From Oikopleura dioica (lineage: Eukaryota; Animalia; Chordata): a stretch of DNA of 64,000 bases. The notes under the pieces were generated by a model that was given only the letters and a program-made list of their open reading frames with translations, had not been told where the DNA came from and made no database searches. The stretch's first letter is position 1; the number at the start of each line of letters is the position of its first letter. A program made the position numbers and the translations under genes. Of this stretch, positions 1-12,415 are shown piece after piece. The stretch is taken from the NCBI GenBank assembly GCA_907165135.1, contig OU015567.1, forward strand, positions 5,084,001 through 5,148,000, in the 5' to 3' direction.

Positions 1-1
1 A

Positions 2-277
2 ATCGAAGAATGCTCCGGCGAAAACATCCGCCGCTTCTCAATGGTTTTAGACGAGCAAGTTCCGAAAAACTCTCCGATGAAAAAGTTGAAAAAGACGCTC
101 AAGAAACTCCTAAAACTCGAAAAGGCTCCAAAAGAAATGAAAAAGTCCCAGTTTTTGGCTGAAGAAAAAGAGGATGAAACGATTTCGGCCCCGATAATTA
201 ACTACAATATTTCCATTATTCAAAACGATTCTGGAAATTCCATCGTTTTCTGGGAAGAATCTTACGAAGCCATCTAA
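2..277 (+). CDS. 3' end of an uncharacterised gene running off the window start
   Basis: Frame open from base 2 to TAA 275-277 (IEECSGENIRRFSMVLDEQ...FWEESYEAI*), followed by an AT-rich UTR-like tract. Confidence 0.5.
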   Translation: MEECSGENIRRFSMVLDEQVPKNSPMKKLKKTLKKLLKLEKAPKEMKKSQFLAEEKEDETISAPIINYNISIIQNDSGNSIVFWEESYEAI

Positions 278-449
278 ATTTCAGTTCTGTCAATACTGTA
301 TATTACTAACTGTAAATACCACCTGTAAGAAAATTCTTCAAATAGACTCTTTTCAATTAAAAAAAACGAGTTAGACCGAAAAATAAGTGATTTTATGGAT
401 CTGGGCTTTGATTGGCCGGCTGGCCAAATACAGCAATCTTATTGGCTAT

Positions 450-806
450 TCAAAAATCCACTTCTATTTTTTGGTTTAGTCCAAAAAAGCTGATTATCCA
501 CTCTTTTCCTAGCCCAAGTTCAGTAAGCATCCGATTGAACATCACTGTCTCCAACCGATTCATCAAGAACTTCTTAAGGGGTTCATCAGATTCTGACTCT
601 TCTTTGTGCTTGCTCAGGACGTTCACGAAACCACCAGGAGCTCATTTTGAATCAAAAATTTTTCCTCCCTTTCTTTGTTCAAATTTGATCCTTATCTTGA
701 TTCAGCATCTTTTCTCGATCTTCAAGATAGGAGAACATGTCGTTATTCGTATTTTGAGGCCGGTTAATTTCAGCCTTGATAGCGGGACTAAGCGGCTCGA
801 TTTCTG
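450..806 (-). CDS. possible small orphan gene downstream of CCDC180
   Basis: Two exon-like frames, IEPLSPAIKAEINRPQNTNNDMFSYLEDREKML and VLSKHKEESESDEPLKKFLMNRLETVMFNRMLTELG. Splicing not resolved. Confidence 0.3.
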
Positions 807-1021
807 CAGGGAAAATTAAAAATATAAAAAGAAAAAGAGTCTTCATGAAAAAAATCTTTCAATCTTCAAATCTTTCAAGAGAGGTTCTCCTTTATACAGT
901 AATAGCCCTGACAGTAATTTGACAACGTTTTCGTCTCAATGATTCATTGACGAAATTCATTGAACACAAAAAAATCTGATTAATTGATATGAAAATATAT
1001 TTATTTTGTAAAAAAACAGCT

Positions 1022-4000
1022 TCAGGTCGAGGAAGAAAATAGCCGTTTTATATCTGCAAGGTGCGAGGCGAAATGTCCTTCCCATCGGTGAAGATCTTCC
1101 AGAGCATTTGCTTCTTCATTTCGAACAGCGAGTTTTTTCTCCGTGTAAAAAGTTTTGAGCTTCAAATCTGAAAGTCAAAATTTCAAGAAAAATTACTTCA
1201 GAAAAAATGGCTTACATAAGAGTTGGCGCTCTTTTTCAAGTTCAAGGTGGGCAAGTGTTTTCTTTGTCACGTGAATTTCTTCATTTTCAAAGACCGGTAG
1301 ATGCTCGCAATCCAGTTTTCGAAGCGTCGATTTTTCAATATGAGGGTTTTCTTCCATGATTTCATCGAACAAAATCCGCTCCCTGAATATATTAAAAAAG
1401 AAGAAAAAGCTCGAAAACTTACGAAAACGAGTCTGAAAGAAATTTGGTTTCCTTGTATATTTGTGAAAGAGAGGCGGAAATTTCTTCTGTGAGCATTTCA
1501 ATTTCCTCTTCCGCTTTGTCCTTGATGAATTTTGACTGGCGCAGAACTCGGTCGTTTTCCTCCTCGTTGATTTTCTCCAGCTTCCAAAGGTCATCTGGGT
1601 GCCCAAGGTTGACTCTAGAAATACGTTGGAATCGGCAATAAACTAACTGATAAGCAATCCGAAATTCAGACCATCAATTTTTCAGATTTCAAGCAAAAAA
1701 GCCGAAACCATAAAAATGAGATTTTTTCTTTTTTATAAAGATAAAAAATTTGTTCTCAAAATTGATCTTAAAGAAAAACGCCTTAGTAGCCTTAGTGGCC
1801 TGAGTCTTCTTAATTCTTCTACCTTAGCTGATTAAAATGCTCTTTCTTTGCTTCTTCTAGCGCATCTTCCAAAAACTCATTCCTCTTCCGAACCTCTTCT
1901 TGTCCACTTTTCATCCTTTTCTCAAAATTCGAGAAGCAGCTGTTGAAAATTTTCGATGGAAGATTTCCCTCGATTTTTTCAAGCGATCGCGAAATTTCCT
2001 CGAATCGTTTGAACTCTGCTCGCAGTGATTTTTGGCCGGAAGAATAAATTTTTTCTAAAGAATTTTCCAGGTAGCAAAGTGCTTTGTCCAAATTCTCCGG
2101 GGTTTTGCAGAACAAAACTTCCCGCGGCCCCTTTTTCTTGAAAAACTCGTCTATGATTTCAAGCGCGTTATCCGCGGCGCCCATCATTTCGCTCGTTATT
2201 TTCGTCGGAAGATCGGTGATTTCAGGGGGATTGTCAAGGGCGAAAATATTAAACTTTAACTGAGATTTGGGATCTCGAATGATTCGGCGGACGATTCCAG
2301 TTGTTTGGGTTTCGGTGGTGTTTTGCTGGCCGCGGCTGATTTTATTGCTGAAAAAAAGATGATTGAAGAGGACTTTCAAAGGCTAATTATAATGGAAAAT
2401 CTTACCTGAGAGCTTTTCTGGCGGAATTATCCGTCCTGAGCGAGCTCATTCGCCGTCCAAACCGATTTATTTGCTCCATACTCGGGCTTGGAGATTTTTC
2501 CTTTTCCCTTTCCAACAACCATTTCTCGTAAAATTCCGTCAATTCAGAGGCCGACTCATCGTTTTGTCTCGTTCTGTAGGATGTAACGATCTTATTCGCA
2601 GATTCTCGCACGGTCTGGTGGAAGAGCTATTAAATTATCTGGCTGTTATTTTTTTGGCAGAAACGATAAATCATAATAAATTTCAAAGGTTAAGTTTTTT
2701 ATGGTCGCGTCGGAATTTAATTCTAAATTAAATTTTACGACTCGGCGTCATTTTATTTTAGCAAAAAATAAAGCCCCATTCCTTCCATTGCTTCTGTAGT
2801 TGTTCAAGAGAAACATTCGGAAACTCATGTGTCGGAGATAAAATCGCACGATCCATCATCTTCAGGGTCGTTGAGTTCCTATCAAGCTCATTAAAGGACA
2901 GTTTATGGTCTTCCATAAGTCCCGAAACTTCGATCTTTATCCGTCTAATTTCTTTGTCTAATCGAGCGATGAAATCAAGATCTGCTTCGAAATTCTCCAT
3001 ATTCAAAATTGAATCTTTCTTCAAATCTTCGAACTCTCTCATTTTTTTTGGCATGTTCTTTTCGATCTCCTTTCCGATGTTTCTCATCGCCCGGACGAGA
3101 TTTTTCTCGAGTTTGATCAGTCTCTTTTCGGCTTCTTCTTTTTCAAAGTCTGAGAAACAGCCGCCCGAGGAAAAGGGTTGATAGTTCTTTAGAAAGAGGG
3201 TGTTGGCGCGTTTTACTTCAGAGAGTGTTAGCTCCATTTGCTCGTTGAAACTGGTGAAGATTGACTTTTTCAATATCGAAATTAATCCAATCAATCAGAT
3301 TATACTCCAAGTTAGGGTTACGGATGAAGCTAGGGTTAGGGTTAGGGTGTTTCAATTTGACATTGTAATACAGTGAAACCCCAACTTAAGGCCACTTTTT
3401 GGATGACAGCTAATTTTAAAAATGGCCTTAAGTTGGGTGATTCTCCAACTAAGTTGGATGACGCTAAAATTTTTCTATTTCTGGAGCAAGGGACAGAATC
3501 TGGCCTCGGAATCCTGTACACAGGAACAGGGATTTCATATTTTTGCCCATCTGCGAAACAGGAAACTGGACAGGATAAAAAACACAGGAACAGGTCCTGT
3601 TTTACGGGTTTCACAGGCTTTGCAGGCCTGTAAACTCGAATTTCACGGTTTTAATTTTTCCTTGATGAATCAAAATTTAGAAATTTTTTCTCGTTATTAT
3701 CATGTCTACAGACAGTTCTAAATATATAAGTTTCTTTATAACATATTTGAAAGAAATTCCAAGAAATTTTTTACGAAAAATATCTTATCTTCCCCATTTC
3801 TCGCCTGTTTTCCTGAGATTTACTTACTGTGAATAAAAATGGAAAAAAGTGGCCTTAAGTTGGATTTTTTTCGGATGACAGATTTTGGGGGTTTTTCAAA
3901 AAAGTGGCCTTAAGTTGCTGGGCCTTAAGTTGGGGTTTCACTGTAATAATTTTTTACATTGTATAATTGCTCTTGTTTGATATCGATTCCTTCAGATCAT

Positions 4001-7000
4001 CTTCAGCCTTGTCGAATTCGCTACAAAAGAACTTTCTTATCTCCTTCAGTTCCCTCGAGAACTTTGTTTCCTTGATCTTTTCAAGCAATTTTGGTCCAAT
4101 TTCTTTCGATTTTTCCAGTTGTTTTTTCGCGATTTTGTTCAATTCTTTCGACTGACTTATCAAATTGGAGATTTCCGCCTTGATGTTTCCTTCATGGAGG
4201 GACAGAAGCTTTTCGTGGTCTTTTAGTTGTTCAATTCGAACGGCGGAAATTTCCGACTTGATTTCTCCGAGGCGATTTGAGTTGAACTTTTTCATCATTT
4301 TGATTTCTTTTCCCAAGATTTTTTCTCTCTTTGAAAAGGATTTTTCGATTTCGGAAGAGAGCGTTGATTTCCGAGCTTCGTAAAATCGCGCGACAAAGAG
4401 CTTGAAATCTTGCTTGATTTCTTGAATGAAAGTTTTCTTCAAATAGCCATCCTTGATTGCTCGATGAAGACTTTCTTCGGTGAGAATTTCATCGCCGATT
4501 TCCGCGATGATCGAAAATGGAACCGAATCGTGGATCTCAAAATCTTCAGCTGTGAAATTAAATGTCGGAAGTTTTTCAAGACTCGCGTGTTTTCCATCCT
4601 TCTTGGCCCCTTTTGCCGTCTTTTCGGCCTTTTTCGCGGCGCGAATTTCCAGTTCTCGGCCCCACGAAACATCTTGCTCTTCTGACTCCGGCGAGTTCGA
4701 AGGGCTCTCCTTTTTATTTCGCAGATTTTCGAGAAGCTCTTCTTCTAAATTGCAGATTTGGCTGATTTCCGCTGCGAAGAAATCCTCTTGTTCTTCTACT
4801 TTTGTTTGGTAAGCCCGTTCGTGTTCGGAACAAGCGTTTTTGAACTCGTCAATTTTTATGTCTTTCTGCTCAAAGAGCTTTGCCAAGGAGCCCTCGTAGC
4901 GCTCGATTATTTGCTGAGAGTTTGCCTGTGCCAGTTCATCGGTTTTAAGGCTGATGAAGGATTCTAGCTCGAGTTGGGCTGAATCGTGGTTCGTTCGCTC
5001 AATGCTTTTTCCGAGTTTAAGCTGAGTTTTCGAAGTCAAGAGATTTTCTAGAACTAGGGCGGGCAAATGATCAGGGTAATGGGGACTTATGGGGTTTTCT
5101 CGTCTCTTATTGGTCGGCTGAAAGAATACTCGTATGATACGAGTCGTATCTTATTGGATGAGAGTCTCCCTACCCCCCCCCCCCAGGGCGCCCAAAGCAC
5201 CTCGCCCTTCCTAGTTCTAGAATCTTCTAAATTGTGCCAAAACTGGCAAAAATGGCTGGTTTTCGACATAAAAATCATAAAATATAAATGTTTATTGCCT
5301 CACATGATAACTTAGAATCATCTTGAAAGGGTCACAAGATACGTTGGCCACTTTTTCTTATTTTTGCTTTTCAAGTTGGAATTATAAATTTTTATGAAAA
5401 AAAAATTTTACAAATATTTAAAAAGAAAATCAATCAAAACTCAGTCCCTTAAATTTGTCTCCAGCGATTTTTGAAGAGTTGATAGTTCTTGTTGATTTCG
5501 GGACCAAGCAGTCGAAAGATTTTCAAGAAGATTGATGATTGAAGCTAGTTGAGACTTGTTATGACTTTTCGGTGCTGAGAAAAGTGAAGCTGACTCCAAG
5601 CTGTCACGTGAGAAATGAAGCCTTGTTTTAGACGGTATCATAAAATGGCCCCAAATCGAACATATGTTTCAGGGAGATAGAAAGTTATATCTTTTTTTTT
5701 TAAAGAACAATGTGTTCGAAAAAAATATAACTGAAAAAAGGAGATAATAAATAATCATATTTGTTCCTTATTTTTCAGCATTTTTCCTTGACAAGTCTTC
5801 GAAAACAACGTCTAGCTCGTAAATCTGCCGTTGATGATCTTCGGAGAGTTCATATATTGACATTTTCGCTGTTTCCCGGGTCGTTTCGAATTGTTCCTCT
5901 GTTGTGTATCGTTTGACGATCGCGATGAATTTCTCCTCTTCGACGTCAATTGAATGCCAGAGGGATCGGAAATGATCCTGGAGATTATTGAGGGACGCGT
6001 GAAGGCGGGACTCGAGCTCTGCCTCGATTTTGTGGAGATCGTAGATGATGGAGGAGATGGTTGTTTCGTCCATGTTCATGGTGGTAGGGTCTTTATTCAG
6101 GATTCGAAAAATTGGAGGGGAATAGGGGGGGTTTCGCATGTGGGCTCGGCAACCTGTGTAGAAAACCTGAGTCAGGGTCTGCGGGATATTTTCTTTGCAG
6201 ATTACTCAGGCCCTGACTCAGGTTTTCTTCACAGGTTTTCTAGCGCAGCCTCGACTGTGATTGGCGTACAGGCAAAATTCTCCTCTCTTACCGGCTTTGA
6301 TTGATTAATGAGGTTTCGGAGAAAATTTTGCTGAAAGAATTCCATTTTCAACATGATATCATACTTCGATTTACCTCTACTATGGTATCTTAAACTCAAT
6401 AAACTTTCATCAACCTTTTCAACTGAAAGTGATCTTGATAAATTCAATTACGATCAAACACTTTGTTTTTGATACAATGATAAATTGATGGAAAATATCT
6501 CGAATCCTTTGACAGATAGACTTAGAAGAAGATCAGTTCTTCGTGAAATTGCTTGACTCTGATTCTCCCTCAAATCATTGAGAATTTCTTCCACAAAGCT
6601 TGGGTTTCTAAGCTCTTGCTGGTCCAAGTATTCGAAAAATTTTGCTTTGGCACTTTCGTTCTTGACATCGATCCAGGCGTTCTTTCTTTCTGTGAAGGCA
6701 ACTCTTGTCTGAAGCGCAACGGAGGTATGGTCCGTGGCGAGAGCCTTGAGGATCTTTGAACAGGTCCGATTATTCGCGAAAAAGACTTGATTCAGAACCA
6801 TGCTTTCGTTTTCGATGATTTTCCGGTTCTCCTTCTCGACCAAGAGGCCGTTTTTGTTCATCGCCATAAGGGTGGACTCGAGAATTTCGCCGGTGGATTT
6901 GATCAGCGAAGATTCTAGAGCTTGGCAAGAGGAGCGAAAGTTGGCGATGGCCGATTCGGAGGCTTTTATGATGTTTTCAAGCATCGACCAAGTTGAGTCG

Positions 7001-7779
7001 AAATCGGATTCGGTGAAGGTTTCTAGCTTGTCTTTTTCTACGGTTGGAAAAATTTTCAGATTTTTTTTTGGCTCAAAACTGGCTTAAAAAGGGTTTCTAC
7101 TATATTTTTTGTTAACGCGAAAGTTAACCCAGAAACTTGGTCGAAATCGACGATAATTTCGAAACGAAGCTTTTACGAATTTTGGCGAGCAGACGGCGGT
7201 GGTAAAACACGCCAAAAAAGATCAACCGTAACCTGGGTCGTCAAAAACACTCACGAGCTCGTCTGCTTCGGTTTTATGGCGCGCAAGCTGGCATTTTAAG
7301 CTCTTTACTTTGCTTCTTTACTTTTATTTCCGGAGATGACGGAATTGGAACATTCTTCGAGAATGACTCAAGGAAAAAAATAGACTCGGGTCATCAAAAC
7401 CCGATCAAAAATTAAGAAGCAGTTCCTTGGAGATCTCTTCAAATTGCCGATGAAACTTCTTGATAGTCTCGGAAATCAAGTGCTTCATCTTTTCCACGAT
7501 TTTTTCATGTCTACTTTTTCTTCTTTCTTCGAGATTCCGAAGCCGCTCTGATTTTTCGCTCTGGATGGATGGAAGTCGATCTGGAAGATGATAGACCAGC
7601 TGGTCATCTGTTCTTTCATGGTCATCGGCTTCATGAAATTCAGAGCTTTGAGAAGACTTGACAGATGGAAGAATTGCTTTTTGGCAATTTTTCTTGAGGC
7701 TTCTGACGAGCATTTCTTCCGCCTCAAAGACCGGTCGGTAGACCCGACCGAGCTGCACCGGCCATACTTTTTGATCCAT
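1022..7779 (-). CDS. CCDC180: coiled-coil domain-containing protein 180 (DUF4455/DUF4456 ciliary protein), multi-exon
   Basis: Exon peptides match recalled vertebrate CCDC180. KVWPVQLGRVYRPVFEAEEMLVRSL resembles [47 protein letters not shown] resembles [32 protein letters not shown] resembles YCRLFSEGGNFS; VTKKTLAHLELEKER resembles TAKTTLGHLAAVEAR. Last exon ends ...LHRWEGHFASHLADIKRLFSSST* at 1022-1024. Confidence 0.88.
3312..3347 (+). repeat. short degenerate telomere-like (TTAGGG)n tract in a CCDC180 intron
   Basis: TTAGGG TTACGG ATGAAG CTAGGG TTAGGG TTAGGG in 6-nt register. Confidence 0.6.
3371..3943. mobile_element. Tc1/mariner(pogo)-type MITE, family A copy 1
   Basis: TA|CAGTGAAACCCCAACTTAAGGCC ... 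GGCCTTAAGTTGGGGTTTCACTG|TA: 23-bp TIR, TA target duplication, subterminal AACTTAAGGCC repeats, no transposase. Confidence 0.93.
5047..5221. mobile_element. small GC-rich inverted-repeat element in a CCDC180 intron
   Basis: TCTAGAACTAGG (5047-5058) ... CCTAGTTCTAGA (5210-5221) flank a GC-rich insert with two ATTGG boxes. Confidence 0.45.
6140..6248. mobile_element. hAT-type MITE family B, internally deleted copy
   Basis: GGGCTCGGCAACCTGTGTAGAAAACCTGAGTCAGGG ... CCCTGACTCAGGTTTTCTTCACAGGTT. Confidence 0.75.
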
Positions 7780-10700
7780 CCCCGTTTCTTATAGTTCCGT
7801 CATTTTCTCTTTCTGAGGGAAAAAATCAACAAAGAAATGAGCAATGTCTTTGCTCATCTAAAGTGGTAACCAGGCAACTGGGATTGGGAAGAGTTTTCTT
7901 TATTAGTAAAAAAATTCAGAAAAATATGATTTATTGACAAAAATGTAGTGAAATAATAAGTAAAATAATAAGCGGATGTAAATTAAGGGGGGCGACGCCC
8001 TTAATTTTCGGGCGATTTTTACCCAAAAATTAACGAAAAATTGAGTTTTATTTAATAAAACCCAGATTTTGTCTGAAAAACAAGAATCGGATTTTCTGTC
8101 TGTGTTTTCTCAAAATTGTAACATTTTGACCCCGTAATATTTTTTGCAAAAATTTATTTCAGGCAATCATCTCTTTCCTATGTAAGCCAAAAATTAAGAT
8201 TTCTTGAGCTTCTTCGAGTTGCTACAATGCAAATCTGGCACCTCCGTTTGTCGCCGAAATGAACATTTTAGGAAAGTTAGCGAACTTTTACCAGAAATTT
8301 TGATAATTTTTTCAGATCTAAAATTTCGGCTTTCAAAGCAAATAGAGGGAGGTATATGTCAGTCCGGCAATAATTTGTTTTACTACGGTTACTGTGTTTC
8401 TTGCACTTACAAAGTTTTTTATCTCATAATCACCGAGAAGACAGGATTGAAAAAATAGACAGCAACGCCCAAATTCTTCCGGAGACAGGTGCCTAGGGCG
8501 AGAACTGTTTTCATCTTTTCCATGCGCTTTTTTTCTCCAGCAAAACGCTTATTTTCGCGGTTCGTTTTCCAAACAGTTTAAACTTTTGCTTGGTATTTTG
8601 TGGTCTATCGAGGTTTCTGTTTACTCACACTCGAAAAAAGGGAGGAATGAACTTTGTTTCTAACTACCGCAAATTTTCACGCAACTAAAATTAAAAGAGG
8701 GTCATTTCAGTTGACGTTTTTGAAAAAAAAATTCAATTTTTTATTGAAAAAAAACGAATTTGGTCAAAATGAACTTGATGAACTCTGACTCAGAAAAGAA
8801 CTTTAATCAGAAAGAAACCTTACCTTATAGTGATTAGAACGGATTGTGAGGATGATTTAGTTTGAGAGGCTCTTTGGTAGAAGTTTTAACCCGCAGGGCG
8901 GGGTTTAAATTTGAGGCGAAATTCCATTTCTACTTCGTTCCGAAATAACATTTATCAAAAGACAAAGAATGCTCGTTGATTTCATGAAAAATACGCGGAA
9001 TTTCAGCGAAAAAATATGGCCAATTTTTAAAAGTAACTCAATTGTTCGCTCTAGCTAAAAAACACTGTAATTTGAGCCATAACTCTTTGTTTTTAACTGT
9101 TAAACGATATTGAAACATTGAAATCTTTCAATATGTTTATTCTTTTAAAAAGAACTGTATGTTTATTCTTATAAATACAGTATTTTAATTGATAACTTAT
9201 CAACCAAGATAAATTCAATGAAATAAACAACATTAATTTTTGAAACACATCTTTAATCATTATATAATATTTATCAATGAAAAAGTCTTATCACCTGGTT
9301 GATTTAGCGATAAGAAAAAACCAACCGCGTGTGGTGGCGTTATACCAGGTTATAAAAGTGTCTCGCCGCTTGAGGCTCCGTTCTAACTTGTTCATACCCC
9401 ACGCGACAATGCGAGCTCAATCTCATTCTTCCGACAAAAATAGAAATTGATATTTTTTCCAAAAGCATTTGCAAAAAAAAAGAAGACCAGCTGAAACTCG
9501 GACGCTTAATCATTTCCGCTTTGAAAGAAAAAAGTCACAATAAAAATTACAATCAGAAAATAAGAGAGCTACAATCGCCTCCAAGAGAAAACGTAAGTAT
9601 TCTAGAATTTTATCCATCAATGAATGATTTTTATTTTAAATATATTTTTATTATAATTTTAATAATAATATATTATAATAAAATAGAATAAATTTTTGTA
9701 AAAAATTTCCAATCAAAAGTTAAAAGATAATATTGATTTGAATAGACGAAAAATCCGTTAATTCAGGTGGCGGTAGAGGGAGATATGGGTTCCTCTCAGC
9801 CAATCAGACGCAAGAAACACCCCCCCTTGTATCAAGTCTTACTAGGGCGCTTCTAGAAAGGACCCTTCTCCCGCTCAAAATGGGAGTTGCCACCCCAAGC
9901 GCGGGGGTTGGGAGGGGCGGAGAGTAGTGAACGGGGGAGAAAGTCTTACAAAGGTTTATTGTTATTCTTTGAATAATGCCTTTTCTTAAAAATTTTTTCA
10001 ATAATTATCGTCATGGAACATGATGTGTCTATTTCAAGTTTCTTGCAACAAGTACTTTTGTTTTAATGTTTTGAGTCAATACGGATCAAGTTTTAGCTAA
10101 AGCACTATGCCAATTTTAAGTCTAATTTTCAAGGTTTGGATAGAACTAAATGATATTTGAATAGGTAAAAATTATTTGTTGTATAAAAAAATATGTTGCA
10201 TAATTAAAATTAAATAATATATAAGCTAAAAAATATAAATATTTTTGAGTCAATGAGCAATAATTTATCTGTTCTACATTTCAAAAACAGATGTAAACAA
10301 GAAAATGTTTCAACAAGAAAATTTTCAAAAACGACATGGTTTGATCAGTGATTAATTGACTTTAATTTGGTGTAATTGTTCTTGTGTTCCAAGGATCAGA
10401 GATGAAACTATTTCGACAATTGTTTCTTTTAGAAATACTCAATTGGCAAGTGCTCATTTGATCTGTTTGAGCCAAAAACATTTGTCAAACGAAAGCGAGT
10501 GCACAAAACAAGAAAAGAACATCCCAACTCAAACGAAAATAGTCCTCTATTTACTAAGTAAAAACCTCTTTGCTGAGAATTACGAACAAAGTTCATCTCA
10601 TTATTTTTTCCATGAATTTTGCTTTGAATACCAAATTGACCAAAATATACATCATATATTTTAAGACCAAAAAATGGATAAAAAATTATCAAAGTGACAC

Positions 10701-11363
10701 CCTTATTCTATTTCACCAAAATTGACCCTAGAAATTTTGAAACAGAGAATTTTTTCTTCTTATTTTTTCAAATTTTTCCAAATTTTTCCCATTTTTTGAC
10801 CAATTTTTGGACAAAAATTTCACGAAAAAGGCTTGGTTCTTTTATTTTTTGACCTTTTCTTTTTCGGATTTTCGCAAAATTTTTTCGGAAAATATTTTTC
10901 TTCGCAATTTTCTTTCCGATTCTTTCGCAAAACCAAGCCTTGATCAAAATTTGCAAAAATGACGAAACTGATCAAAGTCTTCTTTGTTGAAACAGCGGTA
11001 TTATTATTTTTAGTGCATATATAAAACAAACCACAAGACCGTTTTTTTCCTGGCTGAGACGGCCGGATGTCTATTTTATTTGCGAAATTCGCAGTGTGCG
11101 ATCGTAAATTATTTGCGTACGTGAAAATTGCTCCAAAAGAATCAACTAAAACGCACCAGAGTTGTCTGACAATGCGCTGAGTTGGTAGACTTGTTCCCAA
11201 TAAGCAGCGTTTTTTCACGACCTTGATCGTTAAAGTCCGTGTTTTCGCTCTCCCGAGCTTTTTTCGTGACTGGCGCTCAGACTGAACCGTAAAATAATAA
11301 ATGTTTCCGCTTTCTTCCCTTTAGATGAACTCCGCAAAGTTGATAGCTTATGAGCTAGCTTCG

Positions 11364-11582
11364 AAAACCTGAGTGGGTTATCGAAGTAAGGCTCTGAAAG
11401 GGCTACAATGAAAAGCCGCGTAGCGGCTTTTTTAGAAACAAAGCCGCGAAGCGGCTTCGCAAATATATTAATCTTAATCAAGTTGAAAATTTGGCGAAGC
11501 CGCTCTGCGGCTTCGTTTTTAAAAAAGCCGCTCTGCGGCTTTTTATTTTAGCCCTTCCAGAGGCTCACTAAGGGTTTCAAGG
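11364..11582. mobile_element. decayed family B copy with four AAGCCGC-N3-GCGGCTT hairpins
   Basis: Hairpins at about 11413, 11441, 11497 and 11525, arranged as two mirror arms like the 32.5 kb copy. Confidence 0.65.
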
Positions 11583-12415
11583 CCGAGGGTTATTTTTACC
11601 AGGACACTAGAAATCCATGATCCCTTTCTGAGAGCTGACGCCGGCAGCAGGCATGTTTCTTTTATTTTTGCGAATCCTATATTTTTCGGCTGATATTTTA
11701 TCTGACATTTAAAAGGCTGTATCTTGTCGGTGATTGGGCTGGAATCGCAGCTGAAATAGGCAGATCATATCATAATGACAACAGGCTCGATTTCATTCAG
11801 TGGAAAGGAAGATGTCATTGAGAATTTTATCCGTTATCAAGCGATTTATTGGGTATTTTCTTAAAAAAGGATATTTAAAAAAAGTTGGATCTTTCGATTT
11901 TTCGATCAAAATGGCCTCAAAAAGCGATTTTGACGAAAAATCCTGTTTCCCGATTTTCCAATTTTCATCATTCAGTTGCGTTTTTTGATATTATTCTTAG
12001 AAACTTTCGAGAAGAGCTCTTTTGAAAAGACCAGATTTTTAAATTCTGAGAATTCTTCTCGCCCAGTGAGTCTGAAAGCGCTTTTTTGATCAGAAGTCAA
12101 CCGCCGCTCGACGATTAGACCTGAGTCAAGTCGACGCGGTCATAAATAACCTGGCATCATTTTTTGTTTCTTCTTTTTTCGCGTCGTAAAAAGAAACCCG
12201 CGCTGGCTTTCTTCAAGAAGAAGAGACCTTAACTTCCTCGGCTAGGTCTTTCCCTACTGCTAATGCTCTAGCTCTCGGGCAGCGCCAGAAACAGCGCCAG
12301 TTTCGTCTACTCTACTTCTCTTCCTTTTCGTTAAACCTTATCAAAACAACTTAGCAGAAGAGACAACAGAATAAAATATTCATTTTTTAACTTCAGAAAA
12401 GAAAAAATTCAAAAA

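Noticed and set aside
3342-3721. ORFs inside family A MITEs (also 22603-22852) as transposase
   Set aside because: Short, with no DDE/D or HTH motifs; they recur only because the repeat recurs.
6154-6232. Family B MITE acting as an introner via GT and CAG sites in its own TIRs
   Set aside because: Splicing at those sites shifts frame into a stop. Colinearity with CCDC180 instead supports one larger intron (6091-6506) containing the element, so ORF 6229-6447 is probably spurious.
9765-9960. GC-rich island with CCAAT and GC box as an LTR or SINE
   Set aside because: No second copy, TG...CA ends, PBS or pol III boxes found; may be an ordinary promoter.
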